DNA of 64,000 nt from the NCBI GenBank assembly GCA_964016885.1, contig OZ024741.1:91264001-91328000 (forward strand). Reading direction: 5' to 3'. This document shows positions 12,951 to 24,125 of the stretch, piece after piece. Source of the stretch: Eledone cirrhosa. Lineage: Eukaryota. The notes under the pieces are model-generated. The model was given only the letters and a program-made list of their open reading frames with translations, was not told the origin of the DNA and searched no databases. Each line of letters begins with the position of its first letter. Within the stretch, counting starts at the first letter, position 1. Made by a program: the position numbers and the translations under genes.

Positions 12951-15112
12951 TTGGTTAGCCTCAAGCAGCGCACAAGGGATGGTGAGGTAGTGTGTCTACC
13001 CACAGATAAGTCTGGTAGGATGTCAATAGATAGCATGCCGAACTACATCGAGGCTATGCAACCCCACATCACCAACACAAGCGAAATTGCACAACAAACA
13101 CACGATGGGAGAGAAAAAATCCTCAACGCTCACATGATGATGTGGACTGACATCCTAAAGCCAAGCAGACACACTGCCAACAACTTCCAGGCGTCTAACA
13201 ATGGCATACCACCCTTGTATGGGCTCCGCAAAGACCACAAGATAGTCGACGACCCGACAACAGGACCACCAACAAGACCCGTATGCGGAGCTAATATAGC
13301 TAGCAGCTACAGGATCTCCTACTTCCTCTCGATGGTTATACGCCCCATAATCAAGATGTCCCCATCTGTATGTGAAAGTACAGAGGACCTCCTCAGCAGA
13401 ATCAGTGAGTGCAACAAAAACAGGAGCCTATCCAACTGCATAATAGGCAGCATGGATGTGGTGTCACTGTACCCATCCATTAACATTGATTTTGCTGTGA
13501 AAAGATGTGTGGAGATGATCATCGAGAGTGAGGTGGAGTTCTGCGACGTCGACACAGACGAACTGGGCCTCCTACTTAGACTTACCTACGACACTGACTA
13601 CCTAGACAGATGTTTCTGCCCTAGTAGACCTATAAGAGGTAGACCCCCACCATAACCTCAATGGCAAAAAAGACTCCCATGGGAAGGTGGATTGGGTGGA
13701 CCAAAGCTATACGAACCCCCCAAAACAATGATCAGGTAAGAAAAATGGTCGCACATGCAATAGGGGCTAGTATCAAAACTACCCTAAAGGGCCACATATT
13801 TAAGTTCAATGAGAAAATCTACACCCAAAATGAGGGAGCAGCCATCGGCGTCAGCATAGCTGGTGATGTTGCCAAACTTTTCATGGTATGGTGGGAAAGG
13901 AGACTTAAAGATCTCCTTAATGAAAGCTCCATAGACCTCATCATGTACTCTCGTTATGTAGACGATATCAATATAGTTATAAGAACACCCCCACTAGAGA
14001 GCACTAACAAGTTTGAATTAGAACGTAGCACGATGGAAAGCATCCAGCAGATAGCTAATTCCATACACCAGAGTATAACTGTAACTATCGACTTCCCTTC
14101 CAAACATCCTAACAATAGACTACCTGTATTAGACACAGAACTCTGGATTAACACTATAGACGAGAGAGCCCAAATTCTCCACTCACACTATGCTAAACCC
14201 ATGGCCTCTAAATACCTGATACTCAAAAACTCAGCAATGTCCAGTAGTGCTAAGTTTAATATTCTGATCGCAGATTTGGTACGAGTGATGAAGAATGTGT
14301 CCAACATGTGCGACCCAACAGAAATGGAAAGACACATCCAACACTTCATCAACCGCATGCAGTTCTCTGGCTACAACCAAAGAGACAGAGTCAGAGTATA
14401 CAAAGGAGCCATGGAAAAGTATAAGACCCTCATAGAACTGGACATGAAAGGAATTTGCCCATTATACAGGAGCAAATCATTGAATAGCTTAGATAGGGCT
14501 AGACATAAGATAAGGAAGGCCACATCATGGTACGACAACCAGAGATATCAGAGTGTCATGTTTGTGGACGCTACCCCTGGAGGGAAATTAGCTAACCAGT
14601 GTAGAAAGGCCCTGAGAAAGACCCACTTAAAAATAAAGGTGGTAGAAAAGCCAGGAACCACCATAAAATCCCTGATCAGCAAAACCTACCCCTTTAAGAA
14701 AACCCACTGTACCAATAGGAAATGTATCATATGTAAGGTGAACCCCCTGGATAAACTGTAAAACTAGAAACGTAGTCTATAGCATAAGATGTACAGAGGG
14801 TACTTGCAGAAACATGACAACAACATACATAGGCGAAACAGCTCGTAGCATAGGTGAAAGGATAGACCAACACTGGGGGAACTAAAAGGACGAAAAAACG
14901 GATCAGTACTATACGAACATGCTAGACAACAACATGACGGTAACATAGACAACATAGAAATTAGAATAATATCAAAACATAGGAATGACCCAGCAGATAG
15001 GCAAATCAGAGAGGCCAGTGAAATAGAAATTAGAAGACCAAAGCTAAACAGAAAGAATGAGTGGAACAACAACAACACCCAAACAAACAACACTAACCTA
15101 AGAGAAGTATAA
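12951..15112 (+). pseudogene. PLE reverse transcriptase + GIY-YIG endonuclease, 5'-truncated and frameshifted (~13650, ~14748, ~14880)
   Basis: PTDKSG, PPLYGLRKDHK, GSMDVVSLYPSI, QNEGAAIG, RYVDD, LPVLD, KPMAS, FSGY, CTNRKCIIC, NVVYSIRC..YIGETAR, LNRKNEW. Confidence 0.9.
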
Positions 15113-15380
15113 ATAAGTAAATAAAATAAAATAAAATAAGATAAATAAATACATACACAAGCACAATAACAACAAGCACATAAACACACACTAGTCACCC
15201 AGCAGACACAACACTATACACACTAGTCACACAGCAAACGTAACACTATACACACACGCAAACGCATGCGCAAAGAAGACAAAATAAAATAAACAAACAA
15301 GCAAATAAATAAATAAATAAATATATAGACAGACTGAATAAAAGATGGCGTAGACATACAACACAACAGGAGGAAAAAAT

Positions 15381-15455
15381 ATAACACCACTGACGATGTT
15401 GCAGATGTGCAACGAAAGATTTATGTAAATTATGTAAACTATATATATGTGTTTG
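15381..15455 (+). ncRNA. Putative hammerhead ribozyme in the PLE 3' region (mirror copy ~11440-11512 on minus)
   Basis: CTGACGA (15390-96), stem II GTTGCA-GATG-TGCAAC, GAAA (15414-17); stems I and III imperfect. Confidence 0.6.
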
Positions 15456-15695
15456 TGTCTATATTGTATCTGTATTATTTTTGACCGTCGGTCAGTCAAT
15501 GGCAACATTGAGGACCGAGTAAGCTAGATTACAGATATAAAAGACAGCGAGAAGCGAAAACCAGCCAAACAGTGAGTGTGTTCTGTTATTAATTCTGGCA
15601 ATATTACACAAATATGACCCTCCCCAAGTATAACAATATTTGTTTCGACACACAATTTCATATAAAAAACCTCGCTAAACTATATATATATATAT

Positions 15696-15890
15696 ATAGG
15701 AACCAGTAAGACCCCGACAGCTGAGCTCAAGCCGTTTCGACGGCTAATTCTGGACTCCAGAATTAGCCGTCGAAACGGCTTGAGCTCAGCTGTCGGGGTC
15801 TTACTGGTTCCTATTACCCACTCTACTACCTCAAGTATTGAGTACTTTGGTGCGTTATGGTCCACCTGGTTCCTTACCACATCTCATTCG

Positions 15891-15892
<2 letters not shown>
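15696..15892 (+). mobile_element. Fold-back (palindromic) PLE pLTR-like mini-element, family A copy 1
   Basis: Perfect 59-bp arms (15696-15754 / 15756-15814) plus a 78-bp tail, (TA)n on both sides, homologous to 57774-57967. Confidence 0.85.
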
Positions 15893-15929
<37 letters not shown>

Positions 15930-15934
15930 TGTAT

Positions 15935-16021
<87 letters not shown>

Positions 16022-16027
<6 letters not shown>

Positions 16028-16099
16028 AGTGTATTATGGTGGTTGCAATGCGAGGATAATATCCTCCTCACACTGCAACCACCATAATACACTTACATA
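16022..16099. repeat. Inverted repeat, 35-bp arms with 8-nt loop
   Basis: TATGTAAGTGTATTATGGTGGTTGCA...TGCAACCACCATAATACACTTACATA, 2 mismatches. Confidence 0.9.
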
Positions 16100-16882
16100 C
16101 CCGCTTAAAGTGCTTGTATTTCATGTAATGCCTTGCCACACAGTACTCATATATACATTTGCTTGTTCCATCCCTCTATATATAACTAACGCATATACTA
16201 TCTATTTAACTTGATTATTAGACTATTCTCCTGTAATATCTGTCGCATGTATTCCAACCTATGCCTTTAATCTTGTTTTTAAATTTAGATTTTAATCTTA
16301 ATTTGAATTACTGTACAAATATAGTATAATATAATATATGTCGCATCAACTCCACACTGTACATCAATATATATATATATGTATCTGTATGTCTCTTACG
16401 TTGAGTAGGAGGTAAATTATATATGTACAAACATTAATAATGCTCCGAGGACTCCAAGCCTAGTTTTGGAAGAAACAATTGTAAGTGAATAAATGTTTTG
16501 AACATAGCTTTGATTCTTGTGAATTCAATATTACTGCTCTGTAAAACAACTGATGTCCTTACATTGAGCTATTTATCTTACTGGTAATAAGGTAGTAATA
16601 AATTACTGACCTTCCCTGTTTATAGTTTAAAATATACATAACTATAAATAGTATTCTTAATATTATATATATATATATATTTAGCAATAACTTTGATCAA
16701 TACACAATAATATCAATCATATTGTCCGGTAATCGCTCAATGAGAAAATAGTTGTAAAAGAACCTAGTCAGGGCGTACGCATAGTTTGGCAGATAATAGA
16801 TATTACCGGGACAAACTTATCCAACACGATACGTAGACAAATAGATATAAATGGCATACAAGAAGCTGAATGGCAAGCCCCG

Positions 16883-16929
<47 letters not shown>

Positions 16930-16930
<1 letters not shown>

Positions 16931-16992
16931 AGTCTTAGACAGGAACAAAAACAGAGAGGCAGTACAAATATGAGTTTATTAGGTTCACGCTT
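16930..16992 (-). mobile_element. Solo 3'-terminal fragment of the Neptune-like pLTR family
   Basis: Reverse complement GCGTGAA..TAATAAAC..TTGTACTGCCTCTCTGTTTTTGTTCCTGT matches 40918-40967; abuts (TA)n. Confidence 0.75.
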
Positions 16993-17029
16993 GTGAATGT
17001 ACGTATGTGTGTGTGTTTTTCAAATCACA

Positions 17030-17436
17030 CTCTTCTTCTTCGCCTGCTTATTCCTGGGAGGGTCGTGGGGGCAGTGATCTCCTTCCAGCAGGTCTTATCA
17101 GAACCGTATCCAATCGATCCGACTGAATCTCTAAGCCTGGCCAGCCGAGCTCATGGATGTTATCCAGCCATCTATCCCTCGGTCACCTGTCGGGTCGGTT
17201 TCCCGTAAAATCTCTCCAGCGATACTTTCTTGAGACATTCAAACCACATGCCCATAACATCGGAGCTGTGATCTTGCAGTTCGAAGAAGTAGCGGATTTA
17301 CCTGGAACGATTCTTTGTTATCCGAGCTACGCACGCTATCGAGTAATGTTTCTCCAAAGATCCTTCGGAAGAACCCCATTTCGACAGCTTGTATTCTCGA
17401 TCGTATTCTTTCGGTCATTAAATTTCTCCACCGCAA
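17030..17436 (-). mobile_element. RTE-clade LINE 3' fragment with short (GAA)n tail
   Basis: RIQAVEMGFFRRI...RSQLRCYGHV motif; related fragments at ~23340-23750, 24140-24260 and 25090-25292. Confidence 0.75.
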
Positions 17437-19494
17437 ATACTAATAAACTAGAACTACGCATCATAACAAATTGTCCACAGAATATGCCCTCCGACCACCT
17501 GTGAGATCCACAGTGTATTGATGTAACAAGCTTCTACTACTGCAATCTCTGTCACTGTATGAAAAACGACCTCTAAGCAGACAGACATACATTTCAGAGC
17601 ACTACTGCAACATCCCCAAAATATTATCTCTCCTATTCAACTCGGACAAGTATGTATAAGTAACGAATACATACAAACATATTAGCATCAATAGTCTCAC
17701 TGGCTTGACACTTTGTGCTGAAATACACATCACAAATATCAAGGGTAGAAATGTAGCAATTGTCACATTCTGACAGAGTCCATCTTGTGAGTTTCCGCTC
17801 TGCCTACCCCCCAGAAGCTACGGATGTTGTAAAAAGAATGAAATGTATCCAGACTGTCACACTGTCCCCCATACAATTCACCATTCCATGCTGGAGTGTG
17901 CATTATGGTCCTTGGCTTGACGGAGACATGATAGACGGATCTGTGACTCTTTCCTCATCGTACGGCCAACTCAGTGATTAGGGTTGATTTGGGGCTACAA
18001 AACAAAAATGTTTAGACACTTGCCATGTTCAAAGAAACTAACGACCTCCCATGTTAAGCATAGGAAGGAGACTATACGCGGTGGCTCGACTCACTAGAGA
18101 TAACAGCCAAATCTCAGCTCACATTCTTCCCTCGAAAAAAAAAGGCGCGCATTGGATAATGTGGTTCTAGGGACACTGTGTTTGAAAAAGGATGAGATGG
18201 TCACTGCTTCAATGCCTTTTGATCGTAGGTCTGCTTGACCATAACTGAATTGGGGCTAAATGGCAATAATTCAAACGCCGCTTTCATATTTATGTGTCTA
18301 AGTACCTATATCTAATACTGACGTTCGAAGCAACCATATCACATATAGGCACCTACTTTCACCAAAGGAGAAGGCGTGTATGCTGTCGATCTAGAAATAG
18401 CAGTAACATTTCCTTCAAATCACACGGTACCATAAAAAGAAAAAACTACACGGACATATTGAATGACATAGTCCTAGATTCTCTATTCCGGCCCGTCGCC
18501 AGAGATAGCACTACGGCCTAACTTTTCAACAGTTGCACTCTGAGATTTAGAAAATTTACGGTGATATTCTTATTCAGAAACTTCGCTATAAAATTGCTAT
18601 GAGTTAGAGCACTACCCAGAATGGTCTGACCACACCCCCACCTTGAGCACTAAAGCTGCGTGAAAGACCTATTTTTATACCTAAAATCAAAACGGAGTAA
18701 GCATATATCGAATGCTTTTTACTATAGATCTGTCCAAGCAGAAATGCCTCGTAGTTCAACAAAAAAAAAAAGAAGCCATAACTCGAACATCCCTTTCATG
18801 ATTTGACAGCCATCCTAACCAATAACCTTAACGCCAACTTCATGTTTAAGACACACCCTCACAACGAAAAAGCCGAATACACAAACACCAGGTTTATGCC
18901 TTGATACGTGCATTAATCAAAATTTTAAAAGTATATCTAGTCATCTGTCCTTATCAAAGACCCAAACAATAGCTTTACCTCTCGACATCTAACTTAACAC
19001 AACAACAAAACACCAGCTTAATCAAATACCTCAGCATGACCGCCATACTGAAACAATCATTATAACCAAACACCCAAACATCAGCTTTATATTTAGATAC
19101 CTACTATAATTAAAGATAAAAAAAAGACCGTCATGCTGAAACAACCACCATTATAGAAGACCCAAACACCCAAACACTCAGACACATGAACAGCCAGACA
19201 CCCAAACACCAACTTTATGTCTAGAACCTTCCCTAATCAAAGACCCAGGCACAACCTTTATGTTGAGACAACTGACGTAACTAAAGTGCTGAACTTTACA
19301 CTCTTACGATATAAAGAATATATGAACCTTTCCTATTTACTTCTCATCAGTTGACATTTGTACTTTCACCCCTGACACTTTATTTAAATATCCATATACA
19401 CTTTATTTAAATATCCATATACTCAGTTGATACTTAGCAGTAGTACTAAATTAGCGTCATTAATAAGAGATCATTAATATCGTATATAGTGACA

Positions 19495-20692
19495 TCTATC
19501 TATATATATAAAACTGAGGTTGTCTGTCTGTCTATCGATTTTTGGCACACATCTCCTCTTAGAATCTCCCACGGAATTGCACCGAAATTGCTATACTTGT
19601 ACATTGAGCCCTAGCGAAGACATCGGGAAAAAAATATTTCAAATTGACCCGCCCTATCTGACGAAATCGAATATAATGTATCGATTTTTGAGCGTAAGTG
19701 ATCAGTTATTTCCCTTTGTTCTGTTTACATTGAGCGTCTTCTATATATATAAAACTGAGGTTGTCTGTCTATCGATTTTTGGCACACATCTCCTCTTAGA
19801 ATCTCTCACGGAATTGCACCGAAATTGCTATACTTGTACATTGAGCCCTAGCGAAGACATCGGGAAAAAAACATTTCAAATTGACCCGCCCTATCTGACG
19901 AAATCGAATATAATGTATCGATTTTTGAGCGTAAGTGATCAGTTATTTCCCTTTGTTCTGTTTACATTGAGCGTCTTACGTAAAAAATTACGCTGGCTTT
20001 CTCAGCGTTTAAAATGACATTAACACAATACACGAACAGTTGCTTCATTTCCATTTAAAAGCCTTTTAAAACAATATTTTTACTTGAAAACAAGTCTATT
20101 TAAAGACTACGTAAAACAAGCAAATATTTCGTAAAAAAAAGCAAAAATTATATAAGTTTATTTAAAATATATGTATCTGTAAATTTCGTTAGGCGTGCAG
20201 ACAGACAGTCGTGCAGACAGACAGTCGTGCAGACAGACAGTCGTGCAGAGAGGTGATATACGCGTGCAGACAGACAGTCGTGCAGAGAGGTGATATAGGC
20301 GTGCAGACAGACAGTCATGCAGAGAGGTGATATAGGCGTGCAGACAGATAGTCGTGCAGAGAGGTGATATAGGCGTGCAGACAGACATAACTGATAATTT
20401 GGTTACGCTAATGTTTTTCTCTGCGTTGCAGTGTTTACATTTTCGATCTTTGTTAATAAGTAACCAGTGCAGTTTTTATCCCCAGCATCCTCTTTTGTTA
20501 TAACATTCGAGTTATCGTTATGTTTTCTTAACTTCATAAGGCATATTGTTGGTTGAGGGAATATTAATCAAAAACACCACATGCAAGTCTGCACAGTAGA
20601 CACTACAGTTTTTAAGCCAAAAAAGAAACTTAACATTGTAACTTTAACACAGCTACTGAGCGACCCCGAGCAACGCCGGGCTTTACTGCTAG
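19495..20692 (+). mobile_element. Non-autonomous Helitron
   Basis: A|TC start (TCTATATATATAAAA), subterminal GC hairpin CCCG-AGCAACGC-CGGG, then CTAG|T end; internal GTGCAGACAGACAGTC minisatellite at 20193-20387. Confidence 0.82.
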
Positions 20693-20717
20693 TATACGAT
20701 ATATCTATGTATGATAA

Positions 20718-21069
20718 ACGGTAAATTTACAGAACTACACCCACTCCTGTTCTGTAGTAAATTTTGTCATAATTTTTTTTTTGTGTGTGTGTTTTCAACG
20801 AATCTGACCCCGCCTCTCAAATCCGTTGGAAACGACTCGTTTTTTTTAAAATATGAAAATGGAGAGTAGAGGGATGATTCTCGAAGTTTCGCACTTTTTT
20901 TGATGGGATTTTTCCCTTTTTTCTGTGTATTTTCAACGAATCTGGCCTCCAAATCCGTCGGAAACAAATTTGGATTTGGAGGTGATTTTCATTGAAAACA
21001 CACGGAAAAGCATAGGAAAAAAATTTTTCACCGAACGGGAGAGGGGTGGAGTGTAATAAACTTACCATA
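20718..21069. mobile_element. Possible degenerate TIR element
   Basis: Ends ACGGTAAATTTA..TACACCCAC and GTGGAGTGTAATAAACTTACCAT are roughly inverted. Confidence 0.35.
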
Positions 21070-21482
21070 CCTCCAGTGTATATGTCGCAAAAGACATCAC
21101 CTGACAAATTATTCTGCTTCTTAAGATATGTGATACAGAGATACGAATTAAGCCAGCTTAAAACTATGGACGAAGTCGAAAATATGATCGATATTTTCAA
21201 TGTTGAATAAGAATTCAGTCAGTAGACCACCTGCTTAGATATTTGTAGAATGCAGCATTAAAATTTAAATATGTACGTATATTGCGACACTGACAACAGT
21301 TAATTCCCCTGTACGGTTAAAAATAACTGAACGAGTAATTTCCCCTGAAAGAAATTGGAGACTACATGTTAAAAGTTTTATTTCGTGTATACATTATACA
21401 AATGAATTCACTGCACGTCATACAATAGAGAGTTTAGAATTTTTTCATAGAAATTTAGAAGCATTATTAATTCTTACAGCAA

Positions 21483-21692
21483 TGGTGATGGATTGGTAGA
21501 GTCGTTAGAATGACTGATGAAATGCTTTACTCTTTCGATTTTTTACGTTCTGAGTTCAAATCCCACCGAAATCAACATTGCCTTTTATCCTTCCGGGGTG
21601 GATAAAATAAATTACCAGTCAATTACTGAGGATTGATTGAACCGACTTACCCTTCCCATCAAAACTGCTGGCCTTCTGCCGAAATCATTATT
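21483..21692 (+). mobile_element. SINE family A
   Basis: Full head-to-tail match to the family core. Confidence 0.8.
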
Positions 21693-21825
21693 AATTCTTA
21701 CAGTTTCAAATCTAATAAAACAAACAAACACTATATTTTGATATAATAATATCAACTGAGACCATGAGGTCTATATATTGTGTAAAACCCGAGGTTTTGC
21801 ATATTATATAGACAGAACGAATGAG

Positions 21826-22103
21826 GGCACGTAGCATAGTGATTAAGGTATTCGACTAACGTTCGTAAAGTCGTGAGTTCGATTCTCGACGGTGCTTTGT
21901 GTCCTTAAGCAAGACACAATTTCATGTTGCTTCAGTTGCTTCTCTATTTCACGTTGCTCAGCTGGCAAAACTGAGCTGTACCTGTAATTCAAAGAAGTAG
22001 CATTGTCTCATTCTGTGTTCCGCTGAATCTCCCTGAGAACTACGTTAAGGGTACGCGTGTCTGTTAAATGCTCAGCATTTTGCCCGTTAATTCCACGGAG
22101 TGC
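21826..22103 (+). mobile_element. SINE family B
   Basis: tRNA-like head (GTAGCATAGTGATTA, GAGTTCGATTCTC), body GCTGAATCTCCCTGAGAACTACGTTAAGGGTAC. Confidence 0.8.
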
Positions 22104-22146
22104 TAGTTTTTTAAAAATAAACTGCAGATATAAACTAAACAACAAC

Positions 22147-22182
<36 letters not shown>

Positions 22183-22366
22183 TGTTTCTACTTTAGGCAC
22201 AAGGCCAGTAATTACCCAGTACATTACTGTTACTTTATTTTATCGACCCCGTAAGGATGAAAGGCAAAGTTAACCTCGGCGGGATTTGAACTCAGACCGT
22301 AAAGGGACGTAACTATGCTGGAAAGCATGGCGTCCGACCCTCTACCGATACTGCCAATCCACCGCC
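22147..22366 (-). mobile_element. SINE family A, young copy within (AAT)n
   Basis: Close match to 48652-48837 and 44862-45065. Confidence 0.85.
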
Positions 22367-22472
22367 AATAATAATAATACGTCCTGAATATCTGAGGCTG
22401 CAGGTAGCGGCTTGATATTCATTTCAACAAACTTTCCAGTTAAATAACATCAATGACTGAGACTCAAAGAAC

Positions 22473-22590
22473 AATAATAATAATGAAATTATTATGTACA
22501 GTGCTCAGGTGCACTACAACTCATCAAAAATGCCTGTATAGTATATTGAATAATGTACAAATGTCAAGAAAGTGAACAGTGTATTGAGGG
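22473..22590 (-). mobile_element. CR1 LINE 3'-end fragment
   Basis: Matches the CR1 3' end at 34973-35090 (GTACAGTGCTCAGGTGCACTACAACTCATC). Confidence 0.8.
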
Positions 22591-23755
22591 GAGAATTCTG
22601 AAGAAACGCCTCCAAAGAAAAAAAATACTAAAAGTGAGATTGGGAATGTCTACACTACAAACCAAGATAGAGTAATTATCGTTAGACTGCAGTCGCAGAT
22701 AACCACAGATCTTCTTTAGCCATGACAGTTTTTATAATCAGTTGTGGTCTCGTGGTCATCTGTGGGATTCAGAGTACAAAGTACCAGAATATACACCGCA
22801 AGGCACTTTGTCCCGACACTCTAACAATTTCGTCAATCTACTGCCATGAACTGGCACTATATTTATCGACCTAGACAGAATGAAAGGTAAATATGACTTT
22901 GACGGGATTTGAACTCTCAGCGCAATGAGCTGGAACAAGTACAAGATAATCTATCCAACGGCCAGCTAGTACATCATTCGCTTTCGGGGAGTAGTCAGCC
23001 ACTAATTACCTCCCTTACATTATAAACTAGGCTTATGATCGCTCAAATTTATTTTTATGTTTGTAGTTTTTTTCCAATTCGCACCGAGGCATATAGATAA
23101 AATAAATAAATAAATAAATGTGAGGTATACCTATATTATAAATTTCAGATTACTGTGAGTCCTCATCTTATGTGGTCAATTGATTCCGTATTCACCTGCT
23201 TTATTACAAAAACCGTGTATCTTCAAGACTCTTATGGAAGAGGTATAACGCTGAGTTTACTGGAGCCTGAGAAAACTCATGAAAATAATTATATCGGTAG
23301 GGGTTTAGAGTGATAGAAGGCAGGAGGCTGAATTAAATGTAATTATTGCTGGAGCTGGCGCAGTAATGCACTCAGTCATCTGAAGAAAGGAGATAGGTGT
23401 AAAAACCAAACTCTCTATCTTCAATTCCATGTTCATGCCAACTCTTACCTATGATCGCGACTATAAGCGGCCGAAACGGGTTTCCTCCGAAGGGCTGGTC
23501 TTTGTGAGCAGCGTTACTTGATAGGGTTTATAACTCGGAGATTAGAGAGTTGATCCAGGTAGAGCTGCTACTTCTCTGAATTGAGAGATCACATCTCTGA
23601 TATTACTGAGATGTGGTTAGAATATCTAACGAAAAAAAAATCACTGGACAGATTTTATGGGCAAAAGAACAGCCAACAGGAGACCAAGAGGTAGACCAGG
23701 AGCAAGATGGTTGGATAACATCCTTGAGTTCGATTAGTTTTGCTTGGGATCATTT

Positions 23756-24125
23756 CATCGTCATCATCATCATCACCGTTTTACGTCCATTCTTCCACGA
23801 TAGCATGGGTTAGACAGGTTGTCTTGTTGAGGGCAATGCCAGGTCGAGTGACCTTGTCTTGCTCGTACGGGAACTGATTTTGGCTTGATTTCTACAGCTG
23901 GATGCCCTTCTTAACACCAACCTCATTTACAGTGAGTACTGGGGGCTTTTTTTTACCGTGGTGCCTACACAATTTTACAGTGTGGACTGGGTGCTTTTTT
24001 GTTGTGACACTTCCACGACCACTTTGTAGTGGGGGGGGGGGGCATATTTTCTATATACTTCAGCTTCAGCTTGTACCCGTGGGAAGTCAGGTCTTCTGTA
24101 TTACTGCGTAATCACCTTTTATCAT
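23756..24125 (-). mobile_element. RTE 3'UTR-type repeat with (GAT)n tail
   Basis: Homologous to 27170-27530; further copies at 32743-32897, 47960-48305 and 51797-51982. Confidence 0.8.

Larger units (their letters stand above)
11259..15634 (+). mobile_element. Penelope-like retroelement (Naiad-like) with an inverted duplication of its 3' 1582 bp
   Basis: 11259-12840 is the reverse complement of 14053-15634 with few differences; PLE RT and C-terminal GIY-YIG motifs are present. Confidence 0.92.

Noticed and set aside
15680-15880. Similar short peptides ([12 protein letters not shown]) at 15680 and 57741 suggesting a conserved gene
   Set aside because: By-product of the repeated palindromic element; the frames run into TA repeats
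21826-21900. tRNA gene-like A/B boxes here and at other SINE heads
   Set aside because: No full cloverleaf; they continue into SINE bodies
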